A DNA stretch of 64,000 bases, from positions 29,204,001 through 29,268,000 of the forward strand of contig CM052817.1 of the NCBI GenBank assembly GCA_028534125.1, read 5' to 3'. A program made the position numbers and the translations under genes. The notes beneath the pieces are model-generated. The model was given only the letters and a program-made list of their open reading frames with translations, did not search any database and was not told where the DNA came from. Shown piece by piece: positions 12,445 through 25,440 of the stretch (position 1 is the stretch's first letter; each line of letters opens with the position of its first letter). The DNA is from Lama glama. Its lineage: Eukaryota.

Positions 12445-12665
12445 GTAATATTAACTGCGATTTATTAAATACATAACTGTATGCCAGGTAGTGTTTTAAG
12501 TACTTTTATAAACATTACCACATTTAATTCTTACAAATCAGTAACATGGATTTTATTTTTATTCTGATTTTTCTTCTGAAGAGTGTTAAGTGGTTTGCCT
12601 AAGGTCGTATAGTTTGTAGCAAGAAATAGATCAGAAATTTATATCCCAGTCTGACTAACTTCAGT
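12445..12665 (-). mobile_element. MIR SINE
   Basis: 'atttattaaatacataactgtatgccagg...catttaattcttacaa...gttaagtggtttgcctaaggtcgtatag...cccagtctgact'. Confidence 0.75.
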
Positions 12666-13596
12666 CTTCTATTAGGTTTTATTCTAATTACCAGGTACCA
12701 ATTTATCTCTTAATTACATATTATTCCCTGATTCTCTCCATATAAATCTTGTTTTTTTAATCACTGTCTAAAGTAGAGCCTCTATTTAAACCAGCTTTGT
12801 GAATCTACATTCCACTTATTATTTAAGATATGTATAATTTTATATATGAAATCTAAAAGTTTTATAAGAAAGATATTAAAATATAGATGTCAAAATCAAT
12901 GTTATTTCATTCCAGATTTTAACTTGGATGGCTAAGTACTTATGGGAAATGCTGCCATTTCACAAAATGGTTTTGGAACCAATTTTCCTGTGGGAACACT
13001 TTTTTAGTATTCATTTTCCTGTTTAGGCAGAGAAAGAGAAAATACTCTCATTTATGTACAGATAATTACAGTATTCACATAACCTTTGGAAGTCTTTATT
13101 ATTATTTTCTTTCCCTGCAAAGTTTCTGTATTTACTGAATTTTATATCAGCCTAAGCACGGGGAATTCTTCCAGCTTGCACTTAAACTAATTTTTGAGAG
13201 GAAGCAGCATAATTTATACCTTATATAGCATAGTATTTATGAAACTGCATTTATTAAAGCTTTGCAGACAAACACACTTAGGGCTTGTTGGCGTTCTTTC
13301 CTGGTTTGGCTTGATTATTCAGTGCTGATTTATGGCCGCCGTCCCTCTTCACATCTCTGGATGTTTCTCTACTAGTGACAAGGAAAATCCTGTAACTGCA
13401 ACGTTTGCTGTAGAAATATGATTTCTCAGCCTCTCTTATATATAATAAGCCCAGGGGTCTCTTATTTTCTTGTAACATCATATCTATTAGAATAATTTGT
13501 AGCTTCTTATTTATCTTCTGTGTTCTGTCAATAAATATGCAAAACAGGACATTTTTCCTCATTACCTAGTCCAGGGAGTTCAGAAGGAGACAGTTT

Positions 13597-13730
13597 GGAG
13601 CAGTGCGTAGATGTGGGCTCTGGAGTCAAAATACCTGGGATCAAATCCTACTTCTGTTTTCCCTCTGTGTGACCTTGAGTCATGTCAGTTAATGCCTAAA
13701 CCTCAGTTTTCTCATCTATACAATAGGAAT
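13597..13730 (+). mobile_element. MIR SINE, 5' part (3' remnant probably at about 13911-13965)
   Basis: 'gggctctggagtcaaaatacctgggatcaaatcc...tgtgtgaccttgag...cctcagttttctcatctatacaatagg'. Confidence 0.8.
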
Positions 13731-13734
13731 ACAA

Positions 13735-13910
13735 ATCAGAGCTAACATTAATTGAGCACTTAGCATATGTGAAGCCTTATTTTTAAATCCTTATATTCAT
13801 TAACACAGTCAATCCTCACAATAACCCTACGTGGGGGTGCAATTATCACCTTCATTTCACACATAAATAAGCTAAGGCCCAGAAGAGTTAAGTAGCTTGC
13901 TCAAGGTCTC
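13735..13910 (-). mobile_element. MIR SINE in opposite orientation, inside the preceding MIR
   Basis: 'gctaacattaattgagcactta...aatcctcacaataaccctac...taaggcccagaagagttaagtagcttgctcaaggtc'. Confidence 0.8.
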
Positions 13911-14129
13911 ATGGAATAGTTGAGAAGATTAAAAGTGTGTCAAGTAACTGACAGAGGCTCAACAAGCAGGGAAAGTCTGAAGAAAGGTGTTTTCTTAAAC
14001 AGTCAGGAAGAGCTCTTGGTCACTTAACTGTGTACCTGTAGTAATAGATAAAAGTAGAGGCTGTTCTTTGTTCTCTATGTGAGTACTTAATTGATTGGGT
14101 TGAAGTTTCTGGAAACTTGACAGAGACAG

Positions 14130-14260
14130 TTGCCTCATTTTATAGCCGAAGTAGATACCTTGCCAGATGAAATGACTTAGCTAAGGTTGCCGAGAAGATT
14201 GGTGACAGTTCAAGGACTACAACCCAGGTTTTCTGTCTTAACCTGGGACTTTTTTTCTCC
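14130..14260 (-). mobile_element. MIR/MIR3 fragment
   Basis: 'cctcattttatag...gaaatgacttagctaaggtt...ggactacaacccagg'. Confidence 0.6.
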
Positions 14261-15434
14261 CATAAGCTCAGTGTGATAGCTGCTCACATTGCTATCAACT
14301 TCGTGTTGACATTTCATTTTTTTAGTTAGAAATATCCAAGGTCAAGGAGGTGTGGCTTGTCTTTCTACTTCCCAGGGAATAGTGAAGACAAATTATCTTG
14401 GTACCAGAGTTACAAACTTCTGGCAAGAAGAAAAAAAGTGATTTATATTTTTATTTTGTCACACATAACCACAATTTATATTTGGCTATAATAATTCAAA
14501 AAGCTCTTTTAATTGTTTTTCTTGATTTGGAGAGTATGGAAGGCGTGTTTATTAATCTGTCACGTTATCTAATGAAACTGTATAAATTAGCCTTTCTATT
14601 TAGTACTTTCTCTCTTTAGGATACTATATAGGAAAACTAAACATCAGACAATGACTCTCAAGTAAAGGGTCAGACAAAGCAGAAAACAATGAACATATCC
14701 AGGATGGGTAAATCTCTCTAAAGAGAAAAATCTAGGATTCATTTTCATTGGTTGTGATTTGCTTTGTGGTTTTGAAATGAAGATAGTGATTGTGCTTCAA
14801 AACTAAAACCAAACCCAAACAAACAAACCAAAAAAGCCCAGAAATTTAGGCTTGTGAGGAGCAGTCCTATATCTTCAAGTTCAAAGTTACTACTCAACCT
14901 TTAAATATCACCAAACTGTCCGAGAACTGGTGAATGTCATGGCTAATGTGACAACTGGTCTTCATATATATCATGCATACCAAAGAATTCTCTGGGTCTG
15001 AAAAGCAATTGAATCAATAGATTTATTTTAACTTTTCACATAAACACAAGCTTACAGTGAATCAGAATCTTTTTTTCCCTTTATGTTCCTTTCTGTTCTT
15101 TGGCTGAGAGTGAACTTTTCCTTCACTGTTACTTTCTCAGAATGTTTGGACTTACATATCCACAGTATAAATCAGATTGTTGGTGATGCCATAAGAGAGA
15201 ACGATTCAAAATGAGATTAAATTAATCCAATCACAATTGATCCCTATTCCACCACAAAATATAAAAATCAAATTTCTTGGAGTTTGAGGATTTTATATTA
15301 GTTTTATCTGACTCTTTCCTCTGGCATTAACAGCTAACAATTTTATCTAATATAAAAATATGATTTAGGTTTTTTTCTAGATATCATAATTGAATAGATA
15401 TTTATAAAAGATGTGGGCTAAATGGCAGACCCTT

Positions 15435-15630
15435 GGTGGTTGAATATTCGAGCTCTGAGGCAAGACTACCTGGGTTTGCATGCCAGCTTTGTCACTCACC
15501 ACAAGGCACTGGGCAAATCATTTGTCTTTTCTGTGTCACAGTTCCCTCATCTGTAAAAACAGGATAATATATGTACAGTGCAAAAAGTTGTTGTGAGGAT
15601 TAGACGAGTCCATCTGTGTTAAGTGCTTTT
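15435..15630 (+). mobile_element. MIR SINE
   Basis: 'gctctgaggcaagactacctgggttt...gggcaaatcattt...cagttccctcatctgtaaaa...gttgttgtgaggattagacgag'. Confidence 0.85.
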
Positions 15631-15939
15631 TATACACTTAGGTTTCACATTATAGAACTGCACATATAAAAACAGCATGTGCGTAGTGTGTTGCCTCGCG
15701 CAGTCTAGTAGGACGTTTGCTATCCTTGTTGCTTCAATTGGCATGAATTATTATTGATGTTGAAAATAGTTTTGTTTCTTAACCATTTATTTTCCTTCTG
15801 TAATTTCTTGTTCAAATCCCTTGCCCATTTTTATTGCCATATTGATTGTTTTTTGTCTTACTGATTTTTGAAACGTGTATCATTTACTGACCTATTGCTT
15901 TGGATATCATCGATGCCATAATATTCAAAATAATTAATA

Positions 15940-16260
15940 AGGAGGTATTAACCAAGCACATACAATGTCTGAGATGCTGTGCTAAGTGCTGTGCAGGATA
16001 GAAAAATCAATGACATGGTCCCTTTCTTCTATGTGATTTTTAACATAGTAGGGGGGAAAGGAAACATCCAAAATAATGCAGTGTGTCATAATAGAGCTTT
16101 CCATATCTGTGCTTTTGGTATATTGATAAAGAAGTCATTAATCTGGATTGGAATCATCCCAGAAGCTGTTTGGAAAGAGGTAGCATTTAAGATCAGATTG
16201 AATGATGAGCAAAATTTCAAGAAGCATAGATGGACAAGGGATTCTAGTGGGTTAAAATGA
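15940..16260 (-). mobile_element. L2 3' fragment
   Basis: 'ctgtgctaagtgctg...gacatggtccct...ggaaagaggtagcatttaagatcagattgaatgatgag'. Confidence 0.6.
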
Positions 16261-16683
16261 GAGAGAAGACAGAGTGGGGAAATATAATACTCATTTAAAT
16301 TTATTTTTAGATTTTTTTAAAATTTGTATGTGATACTTGTTTACGACAAAGCAAACACTGTGATCACTGATCCCTTAGAGCTTTGAATCATAAGGAGATA
16401 AATGACTCGTACCTAACCTAAGACTAATTCAGGAACTCAAGCTGGTGGTGTACATGATCCATTGAATGCTGCAATTTATGTTAAAAGATTAGACTTAATG
16501 CATAGAACTGACAACATATGCAACAATGACAATTTCTTTTTGTCAGTTTTGAATAGAAAAGGTGGATTATGGCAGTTCCAAGGCTGTAAAAATCTAGAGG
16601 GATAACAAACAATATTTTGTGGCAAATTCCCAAAGGCAGGTATGGGAGAAGCCAGTCAGTGATCCTTGATATATTTGAATAAG

Positions 16684-16882
16684 CAGCGTTTTTCAAGCTG
16701 GGCACTCTGCATTTTTGTCAGATAAGTCTTTTTTGTGGGGCTGTCCTATGCATTCTGGGGTGTTTAGCAGCATCCTAGATCCCCATAGCACCTCTCCCCA
16801 CCCCAGGGTTAGAACAAACAAAAATATCTGTATTGTTGAATGCCCCTTTGGGGGCAAAATCTCTACTGGTGTAGAACCACTG
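16684..16882 (-). mobile_element. MER20
   Basis: 'gtggggctgtcctatgcatt...gtgtttagcagcatcc...gggggcaaaatc...gtagaaccactg'. Confidence 0.8.
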
Positions 16883-17194
16883 GAAGTCTTACTTTATTGT
16901 TACCATATTATTGGAAAATATGTTCTATTTTAATAATTATAATACCAAAGACCCACCATTTATTGGACATATGAATAAAAGAGTTTTAAAATATATATGT
17001 TCCATATAAAGTGCATTCCAAATGTGAAAGCTTGGATCCACACTTTACAGCGTCCAAAACTTGGTACAAACCAAGCTGAGCTCATCTTCTGAATTTACCC
17101 ACATACTAGCACATGCCTTAAATGCAGCAACTTAGTATTCCTGCTGTGAAAAATCAAGCAGGTTACTCTAACTTAGGAGACTCATGGAATTACC

Positions 17195-18060
17195 TTTTTA
17201 GAACCTTATAGTTTGAAATGATTTCAGAATTAAATAAAAGTTGCAAAAAATGTAAAAAATATTTCTCAAATGTTAACATTTTACTGCTTTGTGATTTCTC
17301 TCTCTCTTTCTGTGCGTGTGTGTGTAACTTTTAAAAAACCATTTGAGAGTAAGTTATATACATGATACCCCTTTACAAGTAAATACTAACATGTTTATTT
17401 CCAAAAATAAGGCTGTTCTCTTTTGTAACCATGATGCAATTGTCAAAAATAGGAAGTTAATACTGATTTAGTACTAATATTTAATCTTTGGGCCTTATTT
17501 AAATAATGCCATTAGCTCCTCTAACATCCCATCTAAGATCACATGTTGCATTTAGTTGTCATGTCTCTTTAGAGATGGAACAGTTCTTCAGGTTTGGTTG
17601 TTTTTGGGGGACCTGGACTGAATGTTTGTTTCATCTCCCACCAAAATCTGTATGTTGAATCCCTAACTCCTAGTGTGGCTGTATTTGGAGATAGGTCTTC
17701 TAAGGAAGTAACTAAGGTTAAATGTAGTCATAAGGGCGGTTCCCTGATCCAATAGAATTAGTGTCCTTACAAGAAGAGACATCAGAGAGCTTGACCCCCT
17801 GCCCGCCCCGTATCTCTGCATATCGGAGGAAAGACCCTTTGTAAAGACATGGGGGAGACAGTGGCCACCTGCAAGACAGGAAACCAGCCCCACTAGAAAC
17901 CAACCCTGCCATACCGTCATCATAAACTTCCAGCCTCCAGAACTGTGGGAAAATAAATTTCCATCATTTAAGCTACCCAGTCTATGATAATTTGTTTTGA
18001 CAACCTGAAGCTAATACAATAACCTTGACATTTTTTGAGGTATACAAACCAGTTACAGTG
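17195..18060 (-). mobile_element. Old L1 (L1MC4/5-like) 3' fragment interrupted by an MLT1A LTR
   Basis: 'aaaagttgcaaaaa...ccatttgagagtaagtt...catgataccccttta...ttgcatttagttgtcatgtctcttta' resumes after the LTR as 'accttgacattttttgag'. Confidence 0.7.
17610..18018 (+). mobile_element. MLT1A/MLT1A0 (MaLR) LTR
   Basis: 'tggactgaatgtttgt...tatgttgaatccctaac...gtatttggagatagg...ccagcctccagaactgtg...aataaatttc...taagctacccagtctatg...ctaataca'. Confidence 0.9.
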
Positions 18061-18899
18061 TTTAACCCTCAGGTTAATATCCATAAAATCTACTATCAGC
18101 TAAAGGGCTCTTCCAATGTACAGGAAACACACATTTGTGGATTGGGCTAGGATGACCGCAGTGGCATGGTGAGATGTTCATATTCGGGGTGTATTTCGTA
18201 TTAAAGCCAACAGGCTTCCTAATGCATTGGGAATGAGACATGAGGGAAAAAGAAGAGACCCAGTTTCAGCAAACATGACAGAGATCATACTGCAGATCTT
18301 TGACAGTTTATATATACATCACCACAAAGCAATTTCTAGTTTGAAATAATTTTCAGTCCTAGTGGCATAATATTTTTATGTATTTTGAACATAAGTTTAT
18401 TGAATAAAAGATGGCTGGTAGGGTGAATAAATAGCTTCATTCATAGCAAATCTTTATTTCAGGGTAAGTTAAACTTTCAGAATAATCTAAAATCCATAGG
18501 GTAAATAAGTTAGATAACCACTTTAAGCAATAACATTTGCAGCCAAAAATTTAAGTAATAACTCTGGTTTCTTTGCATTTGATTCTGAAGGCAATTCCAA
18601 GGGAGAGTTTTCTTTTAAGCAGTAAAAGCACCGTTAGCAAAAGTGGCTACATCTTAAAGATTAATTTTCTTTGAAAGAAACAAAACTCAATAATATCTAC
18701 AGATAATGTAATAGCTATTTATATCTGTAGACATAAATATCTATAGATTATGTCATTTCTCATTATTATCCTGTCTCCTCTTCCCCTGTAAAAGACTAAA
18801 CTCTTGTTCTTCATTTTTTAATTTCGTAAATGTGGCTATCTCCGTGGTACCCTGTGTGGTACTTACAGAGCTGTCTATAAGTGTACCTATATCTCTCTG

Positions 18900-18904
<5 letters not shown>

Positions 18905-18955
<51 letters not shown>
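18905..18955. repeat. Compound (TC)n(TA)n microsatellite
   Basis: Seen directly. Confidence 0.95.
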
Positions 18956-19947
18956 GTCGTATCTACATTTATCTCTAGTGTCTATATTTAATTACATATT
19001 ACCTAGCTATATGACTGTTATAAAGAGGCCTTTCTTTTTCATCTGATAATTACTGCTGCATGCTTACTAATTTCTCTCAGATTCATGAATCTGGAAAGAA
19101 GTTAGAAGTCACTTACTCGAAGTTTCTAATTTAGTACATGAGGAAACTGATTTTCTTCCCAAATAGATCTTTAACCAGCATTACGTTAAGGATAAGAACT
19201 GATGTTTTCTGTCTCCTGGTGGAGAAATCAATTGGAATAAAGGTTACAATACTATTCAGAGGAAGAAAAGTTTTACTAGTGTTGTAACTTAGTTTGGGAG
19301 TTGAAGGCACACTAATTTCTGCTGTAGATATTTTGAAAAAAAAAAAGGACAAAATTTTAGCTTTAGAGGCTCCACAAGAAGTCAGAGTTACAAGCCAAAT
19401 AATTGCTTTAAAGCCTGCAATCTCATAGAATCAACAAGTCACAGTAGATATTGTTAAAGCAGTTAGGTGAACTGCAATAAATTATGAACTAACAGCAAGA
19501 TTTCTCATCGAAAAAAATTACTTTTGTAATTAGGGGCCATTAGTGTTCTGGAGAATACCCATTGGATATTCTTAATCTGTAGATGGGCAGTGAGAATGTG
19601 GAGGAAAAAGCATTTCTTAAACATTTATTGTTTGGCAATCACTTTTCCTACATTATTATGAAAAACTCACAATTATAAATTTATCAAAATTCTGGCTCCA
19701 AGAGAATTTTAAATAAAAATTCTTAGTTGAATATTTCTTATTTAAAGTCAGTAATTCATAACTTCACATCAAGTATTGAAGTATGCCAAATGTAAGTTAC
19801 TAAAAATATGTTAAACACTATTATATTGAATCTTCCTAATAAAAATAAATGATGAGTTAAAAGATAGTATTATGTCTTTTGTTTTTTAATAAAAAAATTA
19901 ATCAGCACAGTTAATCACATCTTATCCTATTGTATGCTTTATTTCTT

Positions 19948-21345
19948 CCTTTTTTACAGCTTTATTGAATTATAATTGAGATATAGTAAGCTCTAAAGTA
20001 TACAAATTCTACAGGTTTTGATGAATGTATGTACTGTGAAACCATCACCACAATTAATATAATGAGCATATTCTATATCCCCAAAGTCTCCTCCTGTCCC
20101 TTTGTGATCACCCTCTCTTGCTAACAGCTTTCCACTCCCACCCCACCCCCAGGCAATCCTGATACTTCTGTCACTGTATTCTAGTTTATACTTCCTAGAA
20201 TATTACACCATTCTAGTAGGAGTTCTTTTTTGTATGGCTTCCTTTATTGGACATAATTATTTTGAGACTCATTCATTTTGCTTCACAGGTCAGTAGTTCA
20301 TTTGGTTGTACTGCTGTGTAATAGTCCAGGGTATAGATACCCTACAGTTCATCCTTTCATCTGTGGATGGTCATTTGTACAGTTTTCCAGTTTTTGTTGA
20401 TGATTACCAACAAAGCAGCTATGAACACTAGGGTACAAAGTTTATGTTTATGTGCACAAATATTTTTGTGAACATATGATCTGGTTTTCTTGGAAATAGC
20501 TGTTAGATATGACAGGCATACACACAAATTTTTAAAAAATTTCCAAGCTTTTCTAGATTTGTTGGCTATTTCCCATTTGTACCAGCAGTATAGGAGAGCT
20601 CTAGTTACTCCACGTTCTCGCCGACACTTGGTATGGCCAGTCTTTTGAAGTAGTAGACGTCTGAGGTTTCAGCGGTAATCTCTTGAGGGTCTTAATTTGC
20701 ATATCCTTTATGATGAATGATGTTGGGCATTTGCCCTGTGTTTATTTCCATGTTGCCATCCATATATCTTCTTAAGTGTCTAATTCAAACCTTTTGCCTA
20801 ATTTAAAACATTTTGTTGTTTGTTTTCTTATTATTGAGTTTTGAAAATTTTTTACATATTGTGGATGTAAACCCTTTATCAAATATGTGATTTGCAATTA
20901 TTATTTTCTAATCTTTGGCCTTTCTATTTATCCTCTTACTGTCTTTCAGAGACCAGAAGTTATTAATTCTTATGGTGACCCAATTTATTTATTTTTTTTC
21001 TATATGGAAAGTCTGCCTAATTCAATGTCAAAAAATATTTTCTCCTATGTTTTCTTCTGGAAGTCGTATAGTTTGAGTTTTCACTGTTAGGCCTGTGTTC
21101 TATTTGAGTTAATGTTTGTATTTGGCCTAAGCTGTAGATTGAAATAATTCTTTTTTATTTTTTAAATATAGATATGTGTCATTTGTTGAGAAGACTATCT
21201 TTTCTCCTGCCTTTGCATTTCTTTCAAAACTCAATCTATTCTGTATTCTATATTCTTTGTCTATACAGACACCAATAGTACACTATTTTGATTATTGGTA
21301 GCTTTATTTTAATACTTGATATCAGCTAGCATAATCTTTCACTTT
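19948..21345 (-). mobile_element. Old L1 (L1MD/L1MC-type) 3' end and ORF2 remnant
   Basis: 'cagctttattgaattataattga...gaaaccatcaccacaatt...aaagcagctatgaaca...ttaatttgcatatccttta...ttgttgagaagactatc'. Confidence 0.85.
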
Positions 21346-21349
21346 TTTA

Positions 21350-22990
21350 GAATTTATTATTTTTTTTACTAAGACTATTTGTAAGAGCAGTTTTAAGTTC
21401 ACAGCAAAATTGAGAAGGTACAGAAAGTACCCATATCCGCCCTGCCCCTACACCTGCATAGCCTCCGGCATTTTCAGCATCCCCCAGAAGAGTGGTACAT
21501 TTATTACAACTGATGAACCTACAGTGATCCGTTATAATCTCCCAAAGTCTACAGTTTTACATTAAGGTTCACTTTTAATGTTGTACATTCTATGAGTTTG
21601 AAAAAGTGTGTAATGATGTGTACCCAGCATATCATATAGAGTATTTTCACTGCTCTAAAAATCCTCTTTTCTCAACTTGTTCATCCCTCCCTCTACCCAA
21701 CCCCTTGCAACCATTGATCATTTTACTGTCTCCATAGTTTTGCCTTTTCCAGAATGTCATCTCGTTGTAATCATACAGTATGTAGCCGTTTCAGATTGGC
21801 TCCTTTCACTTAGCAATATGCATTTAAGCAATATGCATTCCTCCATGCCTTTGTATGGTTTAATAGCTCATTTCTTTTTAGTGCTGAATAAAATTCCATA
21901 TTTCTTTATCCATTCAGTTATTGAAAAACATCTTAGTTGCTTCCAAGTTTGGCAACTGCAAATAAAGCTGCTATAAACATCTGTATGTAGGTTTTTGTGT
22001 GGACATAAGTTTTCAACTCCTTTGAGTGAAAGAATACTAAGTACTGTGACTAGATTTTATGTTTAGTTTTATAAGAAACCTCCAAACTGTCTTTCAAAGT
22101 GGCTGTGGCCTTATGCAGTCCTGGCAGCAATGAATGAGTGCTCCTTTGCTCCACATCCTTTTCAGCATCTGGTGTCGACAGTATTCCAGAGTTGGGCCAT
22201 TCTAATAGGTGTGCAGTGGCATCTCATTGTTGTTTTAATTTGCATTTCCCAGATGACATATGCTGTGAAACATCTTTTCATATGCTTATTTATAATCTAT
22301 CTGTTTTGGTGACATGTCTGTTAAGGTTTTTGGCCCATGTTTAAATCGGATTGTTTGTTTTCTTACTGTTGAGGTTTAAGAATTATTTGTATATTTTGGA
22401 CAACAGTCCTTTAACAGATGTGTTTTTTTGAAAATATTTTCTCCCAGTATGTGACTTGTCTTTCCATTCTCTTGACATTGTCTTTCACTGAGCAAAGTTT
22501 TTAATTTTAATAAAATCCAGCTTATCAACGATTTCTTTTATGAACTGTGTCTTTGGTGTTATACATAAAATGTCGTCACCATATGCAAGGTCATCTAGGT
22601 TTCTCCTATGTTATCTTACAGGAGTTTTATAATTTTGCATTTTACACTTAGGTCTATGATCGATTTTGAGTTAAATTTTGTGAAAGATTTAAGGTCTGTA
22701 TTTAGATGATTCTTCTTTTTCTTTTTCCTTTTTTTTTTTTTTTTTTGGCATGTGGATATCTATTTGTTCCAGAACTATTTGTTGAAGACTGTCTTTGCTC
22801 CACTGAATCGCCTTTGCTCCTTTGTCAAAGATCAGCCGATTGTATTGATGTGAGTAATTTCTGGGCTCTCTCTTCTGTTTCACCGATCTATTTGTCTATT
22901 CTTTTGTCAATACTACGCTGTCTTAATTACTGTAGCTTTACAGTAAGTCTTAGAGTCGGTTAATGTCAGTCCTCCAAATTTGTTCTTAGA
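21350..22990 (-). mobile_element. L1MC1-like element inserted within or next to the older L1
   Basis: Diagnostic 3' end 'agagcagttttaagttcacagcaaaattgagaaggtacaga...cccatat...gagtggtacatttattacaactgatgaacctaca'. ORF2 peptide 'LIFDKGAKAIQWSKDSL' in ORF 22689..22883. Confidence 0.85.
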
Positions 22991-22994
22991 TTTT

Positions 22995-24800
22995 TTTTAA
23001 TAGATGCCCTTTATCAGGGTGAGAATCACCCGTTTTGTTCATAGTTTTCCAAGAGTTTTTGCTTGTTTATTTTTGTTTGTTTTTAAGAAGGAAAAAATGT
23101 TGCATTTTATCAGATGTTTTTCTTGCATCTATTGAGATGATCGTATGGTTTTTCTTTTTCATTCTGTTAATATGGTAAATTGCATTGATTGATTTTCAAA
23201 TATTAAACCAGTCATACAGTTCCTAAAATAAACCGATTTGGTCATGATCTATCATACTTTTTATACTTCTGGATTTGGTTTGGTAAGATTTGCTAATAAT
23301 TTTTGCATCAATTTTTATGAGTTATTGAACTGTAATTTCTTGTCCTATAGTGTTTTAAAAGTATTACACTAATGCTGGCTTCATAGAATTAATTACTAAG
23401 TGTTTTCTCTCCTATTTTCCGAAGGAAATTGCAGAGTTGGAATTACCTTTTCCTTAGACGTTTGGTAAAATGGTGAAGCTGTGTGGATCTTGAGATTTCT
23501 TTGTGGGAAGGTTTATGGTTATAAATTTAATTTTGAGAATAGATATGGGGCTGTCAGTATTTACCCAAGCAGTGTCAACTCCCAGTGCTGTTCCTTCCTC
23601 TGTGTTGATCTAGATTTTTGTTTTATACCATTATGCTTCGGAAATCCTTTAATAGTTCTTGTAATACAGACTTGCTGGTGATGAACTTTTATGAGCTTTT
23701 ATGTCTGAAAAAGCCTTTACTTTGTTTTAAAATGCTATGGAATTCTAAGTTGATAGGCTTTTTTTCCCCTCATTACTTTAAAGGTGTTGCTTCTCTGTTT
23801 TCTAGCTTAACTAGGATCCAATGAGAAATCTGCTGTTAACCTTTTTTTCTTTTCTTTCCTTGTGTTTTAAGATTTTATCTTTATCACCAGCTAACGCCCC
23901 TGGACTATAAACTTCCCAAGTGCTCTCAGTTCTTCCCCACCCGCCCCCCGCAGGTGGGACAGATTGGCTGGAGCTGACTGGGTATCGCTCCTCCCTCAGG
24001 TAGTTAGGCTCTAATGATACCCAGCTGGCTGGTCTCTAACTAGCTTCTCCTGCAGGAGGGCCTTGTTAAGAAGAGTGCTTGGGCGTCTTTCAAAATGGTT
24101 CCTCGTCTTCTCTCCCTGGCAGAAGAAAAAAGGGGTTTCTCCTCGGATACTTACCATGAGAACCTGGTTGAGCTCCTGGAAGTAAAACTCAACAAAAGTG
24201 AGTGAATATTTTACATTATTAAGTACTGGATATTTTTTGCTTCTATATATGTATATTCTTGAGTTTGTTCTGGGATAGTTAATTTACTTGGAAACAGTTT
24301 GATTTCTGTTGATTCTTGCTTTAGAACTTAGGTAGGAGTGTGGATCATTACTCTGTAGGGTCAGTTTTGTCAGACTAGGACAGAACTTTTCTGAGAAGTA
24401 AGCCTACTTGAAGTTGTTGGAACACTGAGATCTTCCATGCCGCTGGTGCTGACTGAAGGAATTCCTTCTAATGCTTTGCCTGGCCCCAGGTAATTTTGTC
24501 ACATGCATGAGCTGATGAGTCTCTAGCTGGAGTCTCTAGGGAGAACCTCCATAAATCTCTGGAACTCTCTACATGACTTTCTAGCTATCATGGCCCTTGT
24601 TGCCTTCCAGCTCTTTCGGCTGACCTCAGGGAATGTGCAGAGCTCCCCATGGTTTCCCTTTTCCTTGCCGCATCATGTAAATGTTTTCTTTATTGCCAGA
24701 TGTATAATATCCGAACTGTTAAAACTGTTTAATAACTGAAAACTGTTGTTTTATGCATTCTCTGTCCCACCCTGGTTTGTTTTTGTTTTTTGTAGTTTAA
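22995..24800 (-). mobile_element. Degraded L1 ORF2 and 5' fragments
   Basis: 'gcatctattgagatgatcgtatggtttttc...ttgattgattttcaaatattaaacca', 'tgagaaatctgctgtta', followed by L1M 5'-like sequence. Confidence 0.65.
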
Positions 24801-25294
24801 GAGGGTAACTCTGATCCCTGTTACTCAATCGCAAGAAGAAAAATGCTCTCACTTTTTAATTTTGTTTTAAGAGTTTCATCTTGTTTTAAGACTTGTTTTT
24901 ATCATGTTTTAAGTGTTTTATCTTATTTTAAGAGTTATCTTGATTGAATGGCTATGATTTATGTGTATACAGATTTGTTACTCAGTGGCATTAAAATATA
25001 GATTATGCAAATTAAAGGTAAGAAAATTTAAGAATTTTAATTAACTTTCTCTGTTTAAATTTTCCATAATGCAAATGAACTCTCCCAAAAAGAACCAAGA
25101 AACTTTAGGAAGGGTATGTTTTCCAAACTTGACAGGCCAAGTGGATTGTAAATTAGGTTCATGCTGTTGATACATTTTGGCACCATCTTTTGTTTGACTT
25201 AGTTGAAATATGTTGGGTTTGAATTTTGCAAAGTATTCGGTAATTAGCCCCTTACATAAAATGTTATCTTTTTGTTTACATAAGTTTATCTCTT

Positions 25295-25440
25295 GAAGTG
25301 GAGGCATTATTACCCTTATCACATAAATGTAAAAGCTGAGGCTCACAGAGCTTTTGGCGTTTGCCTAACTTTGTATAGCTGAATTGGAGGAAGTCATGAG
25401 AGGGAAGTATTGCCGAGATCAGAGAGTAAATTCTTGCTGC
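25295..25440 (-). mobile_element. MIR fragment
   Basis: 'gaagtggaggcattattaccc...aaagctgaggctcacagag...ttgcctaac'. Confidence 0.65.

Noticed and set aside
24862..24940. Spaced repeats as a CRISPR-like array
   Set aside because: Eukaryotic DNA, degenerate adjacent units without unique spacers, and no cas genes.
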